63,281 bases of DNA, filler included, from Collodictyon triciliatum (GCA_043381765.1; 17 parts of 17 records of this genome joined end to end with filler, not necessarily neighbours in it), one strand, 5' to 3'. Shown: positions 42,134-55,330, counted from the whole stretch's first letter. A program made the numbers and translations. Notes: a model not told the origin generated them from the sequence alone.

Positions 42134-42996
42134 CTAGGCAGAAGCCGCGTCCTGGGGCGGAAGACTCGGAGATGCGGGGTTTGATGAGAGCGACTTTGTG
42201 CTCATTACGGAGGACAGAATATCCTCGCCAGTTTTCGGATCGACAATGGACAGAGTTTTCTTGGGTGTTTGTTGCGGTAAAACAGCAGCATTTGGAACCG
42301 TGGCAGAAAGCTGTTTGTGCAACACACACACACAAAAAAAATAGTAATAATAAAAGGCAGTCAGAAAAGTGGAATGTATACCCAATTCACTGACATTATG
42401 TCAGGAGAATAAATAATTCTAGAAAATAAGGATTAAGTCACAGTCATAATAAGTATTTATAAGCAGTAATATGATGTATCTAGTATTCTTTTTTTTGGTG
42501 GGGTTATGATTATTTTGCCCAGTAAACATGATGTTTTGCTTACGGGTGAGGCAGGAGTGGAGCGGACTGGGGCGCTGCCTTGGACGGGACGGGCTCCTGG
42601 AAATTAGGTAAACTCTTCAGAGCAATGCCGTTTAAGTTTGCTTTTGTATGTATGCGTGTTTTTTTTTGTGTGTGTGTATGTATATGCATGTGAGTTTTTT
42701 GGATTTTGGATTTTGTTATTTGCGATTATTTTCTGTGTTTTTCTGTGTTTTTCTGTGTTTTTCTGTGTTTTTCTGTGTTTTTCTGTGTTTTTCTGTGTTT
42801 TTCTGTGTTTTTCTGTGTTTTGGTGAGTATTCCGGACGTTTCGTGACTTCTGTTTAAGAATAGGTGAAAACGCATAAAGACGAAAAGGTGCGGTGAGTGT
42901 GGTTAGGATGTAACCGAACAAACCATTCCCTGCAGCAGAGGGTGAAGCGAAGGTCGATGCGGTTGGGAGTGAATGAAGACTCTGGTGGTAGCGAGA
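42134..42996 (-). pseudogene. Spliced host-gene 5' fragment with an eIF4G-like N-terminal motif, ending prematurely next to the viral cluster
   Basis: Pro/Ser-rich exons with a GTAAGC donor and the motif PKKTLSIVDPKTGEDIL (compare eIF4G-type [IL]x[IV]xDPxxGxD[IV]); TAG at 42134. Confidence 0.3.
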
Positions 42997-43076
42997 CATC
43001 CCTTTGGCAAATGTTTTCTTGTTTCTTATTGGAGCGGTTCTGAGATATTGTCTGAAAGTCACAGATTGTTTTCTTG

Positions 43077-43167
<91 letters not shown>

Positions 43168-43267
43168 NNNNNNNNNNNNNNNNNNNNNNNNNNNNNNNNN
43201 NNNNNNNNNNNTTAATTAATTAANNNNNNNNNNNNNNNNNNNNNNNNNNNNNNNNNNNNNNNNNNNN

Positions 43268-45030
43268 TACACTTTGCGCCTGGTTGGCCTTATCGCTAGC
43301 TGCCTGTCCATGGTCGGCTGCCTCTTCATCGGCATCTCGCTCCACTTCCTCCCCAAGCGACAACGCACATTCCAGCACAAGCCTTTGCAGTGGGTGACAC
43401 TCTCGGGGTTCTTTGCTGCTTTCTTTTTCAACCTCGAGACGTTCTTTATGAACTCGCTAGATGATGACATCAGCACAATTTCCAGCATGGTGTGTCTGGT
43501 TCAAGGTTTATATATACAAGAAAATATGATGCATAAGAACGCAACACTTGTGGTGGTTATAATATCGCTTCATAAGGGACAGCACCGATATTTCCTTCCG
43601 CTTTATTGTTTTTTTTTTTTTAGATTTGATATTAAAATGTTTATGATGATGATGATGAAAATAGCAATAATAGTAATAATAATAATTACAACAATTGTAT
43701 ATTATAAAACAGCGGTTGGGGTACAGTTCTTTAACATATCGCTATGTCTTTGGGTATCAGTCGTGGCATACTCGTCATATTTGCTTCTCATTAGAGAAGT
43801 GGAAGATGTATGGCATTTTAGTAGTTTTTTTAATATAGGATGACTTTTTTTTTCTTTATTTACGTTATATAGGATACTTGATATCATCTCTTTTCAATTT
43901 GCAATTTAAGTTTCATTTAAATGGGTATGTGCATGAGCATATATGGTCTCTATTTTAGTAGGGATTATTGATGTTTATAAATGTTCATAGTTAACACCGT
44001 ACAATAAGTACTTTTTTGGAATCGCTTGGGGCTTTCCTGCTTTTACATGCATCGCACTCGGAGCTTTTGATGTCCTTGGAGAAACAGAGATATGGTATGT
44101 GTGAATTTTATAATAGGCTACTAACTCTTTGATACATCAAGAAAATATAAATAAATGAGAAGCACCAAAGATAATGGCGGATGCTTAATTCTGTATTCAA
44201 TAGGTGCTGGATAAGGAGCGATGCGAAATACTTCCGATTCCTTCTTTTCTACGGAATTCTTATACTAGCCTTTATTTTTAACATTACCATTTATACTATC
44301 GTCAATAGTGGGCTCAAGTCGAAGATAGGTGACTCGGTAAGTCTACCTGCTCTGGTCGAAAACTTTATTGATTTTGCTAAACCGATATATCTTGAAAAAT
44401 TTATACTTGAACAAAAAATCCTGTGGGAAAGGAGGGGCTCTCTCGTCCATCGTCTGGGACCATGACTGCTGCGATTCTACCTAGTAACTTCATGAACCCC
44501 TACTTTTTGAAACTGTCGGTTCGGGTTTCAAGAAGAATACAAATGATTATATTCTCATTCTTTTTCTGTTGGATTTGGGGTATTATGAATCGCTTCCAGA
44601 ATCTGATTGACCCTGATAATCCCGTGGCAAGTCTTGCATGTTTTTCTTTTATTTCATAGAATATGCGCTGACCAACGCCCATTTAGTCGCAAACTAACGA
44701 AGTTTATAAATCAAAATACTCCTTTGCAGTATTTCCTCTACGTGATGCACTGCCTTGGGTCTCCTCTCGTTGGATTCTCGAATAGCGTTATATATGGATG
44801 GAATCGTGACATGCGCAAAAGATTTCAGTACTGCTTACAGTTTTTCTATACTGATATCTGCATCCCGGTTTTCTATTTCATACTTTTTTGTAAGAAATAT
44901 GTGTTTATGCACCTCATTTGTATGGCATGTAAATCAGCTTTTTAATCGTGCATCTTTTATTATGACTATTTCTAGGAGCTGGTTTTACGGAGACTTGGAT
45001 TTTGACAACTCGGTTTGTTTTATCGAATAG
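43268..45030 (+). CDS. 7-TM GPCR, Dictyostelium cAR/Crl / plant GCR1-like; start codon lies at the other end of the contig (47033)
   Basis: ASCLSMVGCLFIGIS; CLVQ|AVGVQFFNISLCLWVSVVAY; YFFGIAWGFP; W|CWI...FRFLLFYG; FFFCWIWGIMNRFQN; LVGFSNSVIYG. Confidence 0.88.
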
Positions 45031-45396
45031 GCATACTGTATCGTCTTCCTGAGTAGACCTTTATGTTTGACAACTGATTACAAACGTATGTAAATCGACA
45101 ATGAGCTGATTCAGGTGCTAATCTATGACATAGTTGTCGATTTCCACGTGATGCTATTTTTGTCGGTGACCTCCCAGAAAATCACCTTGCGAATTGAGCA
45201 ATATTCACCCAATCTCTTTACTTCGGATTAATTGAGAACGCAGAGTCCATGAAGATGCTGCACTTATAATGAGATTTTTTTACCAACTCATCCAATATTA
45301 GAATAAAAATACGCAAGGACTCGTTGTATTCATGGAATAGCTGTGGTGACAATAATAAGTCCATCGCGAGAGATATATTATGGATTACCCTCCCTC

Positions 45397-46090
45397 CTAA
45401 AAATTTGGAGATTGTTGAGCTTTGGCCATGGTTCGCCAGGCATCGTTTGCATGGACGCTACTTGTTGGCCGGGTGGCAGAGAAGTAGTCGGTAATCAGGA
45501 ATTGCATCCTGCGCTTTGGCCTGTAGCCTGGGTCTTGTGCTTGCATGAGGGATACAAGGCGAGGTTGAATATCCTTCTCGGCTTCTTTCCACATGTCTCT
45601 TCTCACAGGGTCTGAATAGTAGAGAACGTGCAGGTGGCGAAGAAAGCTATTGAGAAAAGATATTTGTATGATGTCATCCAGTCTATTATCAGGAATGGAT
45701 GGCTGGTTGTTGAGTCTTGCTTTGCGTGAGTATATACGTGCTATCCACATAGTCCATAGCAAATGGCCTCGTGTCACTACCCATAGTGTTTTTGCCTCTA
45801 AACGCAGTTGTTGCAGAGGCCCAAATATCGCCTGGATTGGGCCAACAGCTGCAGCTGTCTTGAGTGTCAGTCGAAGAATCTCACCGGCTGTTTCGCGCAG
45901 GTTTTGAGCGAAGGGACATTGTAAAAAATGTGTGCTCAATGGATTCATCACCGTTGCTGCAAAGTGTGCATTGTTGGGAGACTTTGCCAGCTTTTGCCGC
46001 GCGTGTGCCTATCCATAGCTCCCTATTGGTGGTATTAAGCATCAGAGTGCGGTGATTTGGAAGAACTTGCCATTCATTTTGGAGCATGAA
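45397..46090 (-). mobile_element. Non-LTR retrotransposon (L1/Tx1-like) ORF2 C-terminal remnant with zf-RVT CCHC finger, frameshifted
   Basis: RELWIGTR...QQCTLCSNGDESIEHTF-LQCPFAQNL...HLLWTMWIAR = CxxC...EH.F..C finger plus the WxxWxxR motif typical of L1-clade ORF2. Confidence 0.75.
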
Positions 46091-47032
46091 CGAAGAAAAC
46101 CGGAAATAAGTTCGCTTGAAGTGAATATGCGATGAAGTGCATCGATTTTGATAATCTTATTAAATACATCACCTCACAGCGCTTCATTCGGACTCATAAC
46201 ATCATGTCGTGTTGCTTTTTTCTTTTCTTTTTCGCCTCTGGGCTCTGTCTCGCATCGGTTGGGTGTGGAAAGACCCAAGGATGTGTTTATATCAGATGCT
46301 TCGAAGATACTTTTTTTTTTCTTCAAAGAGGCTGAAACGCCTTCTCCTGGAAGATTGGAGTGCATCATGGATGAAAACAGCGTGCGTGGCAGATTGGGAG
46401 GCACGATTCTGTACAAAACTGCTTGGCGAAGGTGCGTCCGTTCACAAGCTGGAAAGTGTATGGTAACCGCAGCCCTCCAAAACAGAAAGCCATATGTGGA
46501 AAATAGCGCAAAATGTGTGATATATTTGATAAGTCAAAGTCGCATCGTCAACTTATATAATATCGAAGGGATAGCACTATATATGTATTAACACGGATAT
46601 TCCCACTCTCGAAGAAACCAACACGCAGCCACCAACGGCATCCACAGCGTTGGGAATATACTGCGATCAGTGGAAATGTGACAGCCCCATTTCGGATTTC
46701 AGTAGTGCGCGGCTAAGTGAAAAGCAAGTGATCTGGGGCGGGTGATTAGGCTTCGGCGGCGTTGACAGCTCACAAGAACGCCACGCTGCAGTTTATATTA
46801 CAATTGACAGATGAAAAAGAAAGAAGAAAAAGAGAAAGAGTTGTACGTCCTTCGTGGCCGCGATCTACTCTGTATAAACAGAAGCATGATCAAATATATA
46901 AATAGAAGATAATAAAAAAAGACGCTTAGTTTTTGGAAAAGAAAGCTCCAAAACCATGAGAGCTATTATAATAAAACAAAATCAAAAAAGAAAACTCACT
47001 CTTGATTCAGCCTGCTTCCTACCTAGTTGCTC

Positions 47033-47093
47033 ATGGCCGGCTTCTCCTCCAGCGAAGTCTACACTTTGCGCCTGGTTGGCCTTATCGCTAGCT
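47033..47093 (+). CDS. GPCR N-terminus MAGFSSSEVYTLRLVGLIAS; last 34 nt identical to 43268-43301
   Basis: Direct sequence identity 47060-47093 = 43268-43301. Confidence 0.85.
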
Positions 47094-47294
47094 NNNNNNN
47101 NNNNNNNNNNNNNNNNNNNNNNNNNNNNNNNNNNNNNTTAATTAATTAANNNNNNNNNNNNNNNNNNNNNNNNNNNNNNNNNNNNNNNNNNNNTGTATTG
47201 TATTTGTATTGTATTGTATTGTATTGTATTGTATTGTATTGTATTGTATTGTATTGTATTGTATTGTATTGTATTGTATTGTATTGTATTGTAG

Positions 47295-50200
47295 ATTAGC
47301 ACAGTGCCCAGCATCTTTGAGAGCAGTTTCATGATTTTGAAACAATCAACATCTTTTAGGCCAGTGTTACTTCACCTCTACAATTTCGCACCACAAACAC
47401 TCTACACTTGAATTCCACCATCAACGAGCAGGCAACCGGCTTGAAGCTTCTGGTTTATTGCTCCGAGAAGGACTTGTCTAATGCAAAGAAATCTATAGAC
47501 CAAGACAGCGTTGCATGTGAAGGTTTGTTATTCTCGAATTCGCTCTGTTAGCACTAAATCTTGCGCTAATCCTCGTGTACATTGACACGTTTGTGGATTG
47601 GCATTCTGATTTTGCTCTTATCGTAGTTATATATACCCACAAGCTGGATGAAGCCTTAAAGAATTTTTTCCACGACCCAAACACGCGCATATTCATTTGT
47701 TGGGATAACCTGCCCACTATCGATGCTGTTTCCGTTCTTCAGACAATCAGCGAAGGAGTTTCATTTTCACGAGCAGATGTGATTGGTCTGAATTTAAAAA
47801 CAATATTAAGAGACTCTAAACTAAGTTTCTTAAGTGCTATTTTTTTTATGATGCAATATAATCCTCTCAATTTTTGTGTGTGTGTGGGGGTTTTTTTTTT
47901 CACATTAGCACTCCCATTTTATACCTAGTCGTTCTTGTCCCGCCAAAGGCAAATGCAACAATCGACTATGACCGTAGAGATGAACTTGTTTCTCTTGGTG
48001 CCATGGACGTGATTCAATACCCTTTTCATCCTACCCTGCTGATGCGGCGCGTGGAGAGAAGCATCAATTATTTTCATGCCACTGAACCTAAATTTTCCAT
48101 GACCGAAGAGGAAGAAACCTCGGAGATTGATGGAGAGGTGAATCCACGCTCGCAATTGGTTGACGAACAACATTCTGATTTGAACGCAATTCCCATTTCT
48201 TCCTCGCTGTCTATAGTAGATCCACTCACTAAATTTCCACCGCCTATTAGATATTGAAGCTCAAATCAGCCTTGAAACAAAAGGATTCTGTTGTAGATGA
48301 TCTTCGTCACAAAGTCAAACTGCTTTGTTTCCGAATCGTACTTTTGGACAAGGAGCGAAAGCTCAAGGTTTATTCCAAAATCTGCTGGCATGACCACACA
48401 CAATTAATTTCCATCTGGTCATATTTAACTGCCTACAATCGTCGAATTAAAACAGTGTACTTCTTTTACTATCGCAGGAGGATAAAAAGAATTTCCTTAG
48501 TCAGCAACTTGAGGAAAAGGAACAAGAGCTGGAGCTTTTGCGCAAAGCACAGGAGGTGGGAACTGAATCTGATGTAGAGACGATGAAGAGGAAGATCGAG
48601 CAGGTAAAACAAAAAAAAAATCAACAAAATTCGCGTTTCAATCTCATTTTTAAAAACATTACAAACTTTTTTTGATCAACCATATCTTTCGATTCATTCG
48701 ATAACATTCCAGGCATTTGAGACACCTGTACAAGGCCTCATCCGCTCACTAGAGCAGCTGTCAACCGGTTCCTACAATCAAGGCGAATTGCAAAATATCC
48801 TACTTTCGGCCATAAAATCCATCGGCTCATCTGATTTATATGCGCCGCAATTTCAAAAACTACTTTCGGATTCATCCTTGGATTCAATGACCCGTAGCTG
48901 GATTAGACAAGTAAGATTCTCAATTGAACTGGCTAGGTGAAACCACTTTTGTCACCAATCGATTTGCTTATGAGTTCTCCTTTCTTCTTCCTTTTTTTAC
49001 TTCGATTGCTCTAGGAGTTCCAACAAGACTCCGACGCAACGTCACCAAAGTCTGGTGGACTAGAAGCTGACCAGATAGGCTCGCCCCTAGGGGGTATTAC
49101 AGAGGAAGATGAGTCTGCTCAAGTTGATGAGACCACTAGAAATGGAGAGAATCCGACCGATGTTCAAGTTAACAACGACGGTGCTGAACAAGGCGACTCT
49201 CAAAACACTGGTAGTGTTACAAACGAACCTCCAAAAGATACCTCTGAAACGGCATCACCCTCTGTGTCGAATGGAACAGTTCCAGCCGCAAGCGCGAGTG
49301 AAAACAGTCCACAGAAAACAAATACGAAAGAAACAGTCACTCCGTTGGAAAGTCGGTCATCGAGCAAGAGTCTTCTTGGAAAGCCGACCGAGCTTCATGT
49401 TTCGGTGACTCCCCAAGTACTGCCATTTGCTACCCCAGGCAAGTTCGATCAAAATCTCCGCAGAACTGACTGTGATGTCCTTTCTCTGGACGAAAATGGC
49501 CTGGTTGATTTGATTGTCGAAATTTTCAAGGAGTTGAATTTGATTGACAAAGTATGCTCACATGCGTGACCCTTTCTATTCATTTATTCATTCCTTTATT
49601 TATTCCGATTTGTCAATATCCTATCCACGAAATTATTGGGTTTAACTCAAACTTCTAATCGTTTAGTATTCGATTGATATTCCAACTCTTCGTAATCTGG
49701 CTTTTGCAGTCCGAGATAACTACCATGAAAATCCATACCACAATTTCCAGTAAGAATTGAACCGCAATATTCCAATTAAGTGTAACTTTCAGAATCTTTT
49801 GAAATGTATTTACTGATTTCATTCGAATTTATCAAGACACGCTGTGGACGTTTTGCATTCATGCTTTTTGATGCTCACATGCACTCACATCACCGAGTAC
49901 CTTACACACATTGACGTTCTCGCCCTTTCTTTTGGTTCGTTATTTGATGAATTCGCATGTCTGTGTAATATTTGGGATAGCCTTGATTCAGGCATACTAA
50001 TTTTGTAAAATGAGGAAACTGTTGTGAACTGCTTAATCCTGTGGATGTTATTAATTTTTTCTCTTGTGAACAAAAGCTGCCATATGCCACGACCTTGACC
50101 ATCCTGGAGTCAACAACGCTTTTCTTGTCAACTGTCAGGTAACAAATTAAAATATACATGGTCAATCGCTCTCCTTGGATGAATTTTAATTATATTATAC

Positions 50201-50871
50201 ACTTTCATTCATAGGCATCCGTTGCGATGACATATAATGACCAGGTGAGTTATTCATTAAGTATTATATATTAAAATACAATTATTGGACTTGCCGTTCA
50301 CAACAAGGCTAAGTGTCATGTTATTATAGTCGGTCCTTGAAAACCACCATTGCTTCAAGGCATTCTCGATTCTAAAACAAGCAAATAATAACATCGCACA
50401 ATCACTCTCTGCGTCAGAGTTTAAGGAATTTAGAAAAATTGTAAGTATTCATTTCTGACTATAGAAAATAGATATAATTTTCCAGATCAATCCTTTTTCA
50501 AGCGTGCTTTTACATTGCCTAATATAGCAACTTCAAAAACTTTTGCAAACTATGCGAAACATTAGGTCGTTAATGCCATCCTGAACACGGACATGGCTCG
50601 CCATTTTGAACTCCTGGCAAAGTTTACGACTCATGTCCAAACAAAGCCGTTTACCCGTGATAGGTAGTTCATTTTCCCCCATTCTTCCAATTTAACTTTA
50701 GATTACAATGAAGGTATCCCAATATCGAGTTCTAAACCATCCCACAGCATGGACGACCGAATGCTTCTCTTGAGCATGGCACTTCACACAGCTGACCTGG
50801 GCAACGTAATGCGCCCACCTCACGTCTCTAGAAACTGGTCTGAGCGAGTCATGGCTGAGTTCCTTTTACAA
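47295..50871 (+). CDS. Class I cyclic-nucleotide phosphodiesterase with N-terminal degenerate receiver domain (RegA-like), partial
   Basis: REC-like IFICWDNLPTIDAVSVL...SLGAMDVIQYPF..LLMRRV; linker ETPVQ...SSDLYAP...LDSMTRSWI; PDE motifs NPYHNFQ|HAVDV, AAICHDLDHPGVNNAFL, YNDQ|SVLENHH, ILNTDMARH, LHTADLGNVMRP...WSERVMAEF. Confidence 0.92.
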
Positions 50872-51313
50872 GTTTGCAGCACTTTTATTTTACATGATTT
50901 TGCCTATTTACATAGTCTCTTTCTTCTCTTTCTTCTCTTTCTTCTCTTTCTTCTCTTTCTTCTCTTTCTTCTCTTTCTTCTCTTTCTTCTCTTTCTTCTC
51001 TTTCTTCTCTTTCTTCTTCTTCTTCTTCTCTTTCTTCTTCTTCTTCTCTTTCTTNNNNNNNNNNNNNNNNNNNNNNNNNNNNNNNNNNNNNNNNNNNNTT
51101 AATTAATTAANNNNNNNNNNNNNNNNNNNNNNNNNNNNNNNNNNNNNNNNNNNNGTGTGTGTGTGTGTGTGTGTGTGGTTGTGTGTGTGTGTGTATGTGT
51201 GTGAAATTATTTTTTGTGTGTGTGTGTTTATGTGTGTGTATGTGTGTGTGTCACAAAAGGTAAGCCTGAATGTAGTTTAATACACAATTTTGGCCTTTGT
51301 AACTCATTTACAG

Positions 51314-53321
51314 GGAAAGAAAATCAAAATTGAAATATCCCGGCCCGGTGGTGTAAGAGGTCGTTCCCATTCTAACGAGATGGATGAAGACACAAGCATA
51401 TTGCGTAACATTTCTAACTACCGAGTACTCTAAATATATCTGTACCTAATAGGCGTATGTAAGTCAAAGAAAGGGAACTTAAATTATATTTTGCATATAC
51501 ATCTATAGTAACTCACCTGCGCGATAATTACCTCGTTCATAGCATCAGCACAATTCTCTCCAGTCCAAGGCCATACCCACTTTTCCGCACAAGATGCATA
51601 CCCATACAACATGCATATCATTCCCCAGGACGGGTTTCGGCTCGGTCTTTCTCCTTTACTATCTCTCTTATGCTTCATTTTGGCTGTGTATTACTGTGTT
51701 TTCTTGATTCGATTTTCCTCGTTACATATGGATGGAACTTTGCTGTTAAAACGAAATAGCAGCCGCTCAAGCTTATCACTCTCCTTTTGAATAGCACCGA
51801 GCATTCTAGGGTCCTACGACATGGACTCTCGATTGTTGTCATCATCAGTAAGCACCAAACAATATTATCAAACATGGAATCTGCTATGTGTATATACTCT
51901 TTCTTCGGGTTGGAGAAACTAACATCTGATACCAATCTAGGCTCCATCGACAGCCGTTCCAAGAGACCGAAGACTGCAAAAGACAAGAACAGACACAAAC
52001 GAAGAAAAAATAGCTGTTTGCTTTTCCCCTTCACGATTAACATCTATAGACCAAGAAATGTATTCTAATATGCATATATTTATTAATATCTTATCGTCCT
52101 TTCGATAACAAGAGGATAGTCTTAATTTTTTCATTTATTCATAACTTCTTATCAATGAGAGTGTGGTATATGAAAGCCAAAATGTATTTCATTGTTTCGG
52201 TTATTATTAATATTATTATCATTATCATTGCTATTATCGACTATAAATTATAAAAACATTTTCAGTTCAAGTTGGATATCACTCGAGTCGAAACCGGAGA
52301 GGATACTCGCACGACATGCATGATTCGCAACATACCCAATAAATACACGCAAAAGGTAAGCGTAAATAAAAGTAGTAGTAATAAACAGTAATTTGGGCAT
52401 AAACATATAACAACTTTCGGCTATTTCGTTATTATGTCAATTATAGATGCTTCTATCTAAAGTGGATGAAAACTATAAAGGCACATACGACTTCTTTTAT
52501 CTACCTATCGATTTTAAGGTGAAATAGAAGCAGACTTGGTTTCTCTCGCCATTGTTTCATGTTTTTTAGTCATGTGGTTCATTATATGTTTTCCTGTTAC
52601 TTTAACAATCGACAATATATATTTACTTTTGCTCATCTGAAGGAGGTCTGTAGAGAACCCATTATTCAGCCCTTAATTACATTCATACAGAACAAATGCA
52701 ATGTTGGGTATGCCTTTATCAACTTCATCAACACCAGTTCGATTTCAAAATTTTACCATGAGTTCAACAACAAGCGATGGGAAAAGTTTAACAGCGAAAA
52801 GATTTGTGAAATAACATACGCCAGAATACAAGGAAAGGTATGATTCTCCTTATCCCCGTGACACATAGACTCGCCTTTTGCTTTACCAGTGCCGAAGCCA
52901 CTCATTCGGTGCTTTTCCTTTGTAGTTGTCTCTTGTCGCCCATTTCCAGAATTCTAGTCTCCTTTCTGAAGAAAAAAAATGCAGACCGATTCTTTTCCAG
53001 AGCGACGGGTCAGCTGCGGGTGAACAAGTAAAGTTAATTGTATTCCAAGAAACTTACAATGAAGCTGACACGTATTCTTTTTCATAATTCGGGTTTGGGG
53101 GGTCTTTGCTGGGTTATTAATGACTAAGTGTTCAGGAGTCATTCCCCAACAGCCCACCGATGATTCCAGCGCAGCCTCGCCAGGATAGCTTGGAAAGCTT
53201 TGACAGAGAAGGTCTCATCTCACCTTTCCCACTTAGTCCATTATGCACTTATTTCTCTGAAGAACGGCTTGTTGGTCATAATGCGTTTATGATATTTAAA
53301 AGGAAAGAAAAGAGTATGTGA
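51314..53321 (+). CDS. Mei2-like RNA-binding protein (C-terminal RRM3), 5' truncated
   Basis: GKKIKIEISRPGG; GEDTRTTCMIRNIPNKYTQK|MLL...GTYDFFYLPIDFK|NKCNVGYAFINF...WEKFNSEKICEITYARIQGK|LSLVAHFQNSSLLSEEKKCRPILF. Confidence 0.93.
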
Positions 53322-53833
53322 AACTATACACCCTCGCTTATCTTCACTTTATCGAGTCTGATGTATAATGTAATACGTAATGTGAATAGATGAATCGGGT
53401 CTTTAAATTCATCGGCAGCACCCGCTTCGAACGACAGAGACAAAGCCCCTACCTCATTTTTGTGGGAATCAAAGTATCTATCTGTTGATATTCTTGAAAC
53501 ACATCCCTAGTTCGAGAGCGAATCGGTATAATGCACACAGTGTAAATAGGAGAAGCTATTTCTTTCTCTTGCTTTCGTTCACTATTACCTTACAACTGTC
53601 TTCACCTGTGGTTCTATTCTCTGCGCATCAAGCATTCATAAAGAGAAAGCGAGCTCAGTAATCTACTGCAACCAAACACCAATTTGTGTGAGGATTTCGA
53701 TATAGTAGAGAAACATTCGTTTTTTTTTTCGTATAAAATCTAAATGCATTATTCGATTTTGGTTAGCACCCGAAAAAATCACCAAAGTTTGTAAGCCGAT
53801 TTTTTTTTATTTTTCTTTCATGCATGGTGATTA

Positions 53834-54661
53834 TTATCTTGTGGATGGTACTTTTCTAAAAACCCTGATGTGGATGGCTGAGTTGAATCTGATTTGTGAA
53901 TGTGCGATGCCTTCCTGTGTTGTGTTGGAAAGTGCGCATAGCAAAGAAATAAATAAATAAAACAATAATGACGTATTATTCTACACCAAAATGGCTAGAC
54001 ATAGCAAAAACGGGCCGCGGTGTGTATAGTTAGGTGACTCAGAAATGATACTTTATTGATACGCCAGGTAAAGAAGAGCAAACCTCGGTAAGCGGCTCGA
54101 AATCGTCAATAAGAGGAACAGATGATGTTGTCGGCCACATCTCGAGAATGCGGTCTCCGCCTCCACAACAAACCTATCAGGGACGCACCGGCCAAACAAA
54201 GGAAAATAAAGGGATTGAGAAGGCAGGCAGATGCATCACACGCGAGGTATTTACCACTGAAAGTACATTAATGTATGTGCGATGAATGAAATTATGCGGC
54301 CTTGAGTGTTTCGGACCAGGTTCTGAGCTAGCTCGATGGCTCGTGGGATGGCTGCACCGAGTCCATGAATAATCACCTCATCGTACCTGACTCGCATATG
54401 GCCTGAAGTTAGATGAAAAAAAAATACTAAAGCTTTAACAAGCTCAGAAGGAACCTTAGCGACGCAATGATTATCTTAGTTGATTACATATTCCATCTGT
54501 TGTCTCACATATACATATGCTTATGATTGTTTCGGGAAATAAACCGTAAAATTTCTAAATAATAAAAATAATAATAAATAATCAAGAATCCTAACCTTTT
54601 ACCTACAGATGATGAGCTTATCTGCAGAAGGTCTTTAGCTCGTTGTAACTGCGCCTGAGTC
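53834..54661 (-). CDS. POP7: RNase P/MRP subunit Rpp20 (Alba-like), 5' truncated
   Basis: AQLQRAKDLL; EVIIHGLGAAIPRAIELA; TSSVPLIDDFEP; QIRFNSAIHIRVF (human KAQLARCQKLL, EIYIHGLGLAINRAINIA, TSTVELVDELEP, IRNNSAIHIRVF, from memory). Confidence 0.9.
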
Positions 54662-54907
54662 CTAAATAAGAAAAAGGAAACAATCAATTCTCATATAGCG
54701 CACTGAGAAAAGAACTATCGCTGAATATTTGTGAAGAGATGGAGCGCGACACAAAAGATTGCCAGCAAGGTATAGATTAGTCTAAGGTTAAACCAGACTT
54801 CCAAAAAAAAGTGTGTATTAAGTGCCAAGAAGTTGGACATAATATGAAAAATGTGAAGAGACATTAGCGAATCATAAAAAGAGAGAAAAATGTGAAGAAA
54901 GAGGACC

Positions 54908-54981
<74 letters not shown>
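54908..54981. repeat. (TAA)n microsatellite
   Basis: Direct reading. Confidence 0.95.
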
Positions 54982-55125
54982 NNNNNNNNNNNNNNNNNNN
55001 NNNNNNNNNNNNNNNNNNNNNNNNNTTAATTAATTAANNNNNNNNNNNNNNNNNNNNNNNNNNNNNNNNNNNNNNNNNNNNAGTTCCCCATCGATCCTTA
55101 CTTGAATGGTGGAAAATACTTTTAA

Positions 55126-55299
55126 TTTTCTCTCTTTTTCACCTTTTCTTTTTCTTTTTCTTTTTCTTTTTCTTTTTCTTTTTTCTCTTTTTTTCTTTTC
55201 TCTCTTTTTCTCTTTTCTCTTTTTTTCTCTTCTTTCTTCTCTTTTTTTCTCTTCTTTCTTCTCTTTTCTTCTCTTTTCTTCTCTTTTTTTCTTCTCTTT

Positions 55300-55330
<31 letters not shown>

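Noticed and set aside
50215-50244. Apparent frameshift in the PDE (HPLR* instead of HPLAMTYND)
   Set aside because: With the phase-0 splice the exon reads ASVAMTYNDQ in frame, so there is no lesion.
11955-50871. Apparent cAMP-signalling cluster (sAC, cAR-like GPCR, RegA-like PDE)
   Set aside because: The genes are on separate contigs concatenated by size, so adjacency is an artefact.
51314-53321. Mei2-like gene as evidence of meiosis/sex
   Set aside because: Mei2-like RRM proteins are widespread and not meiosis-specific outside fission yeast.
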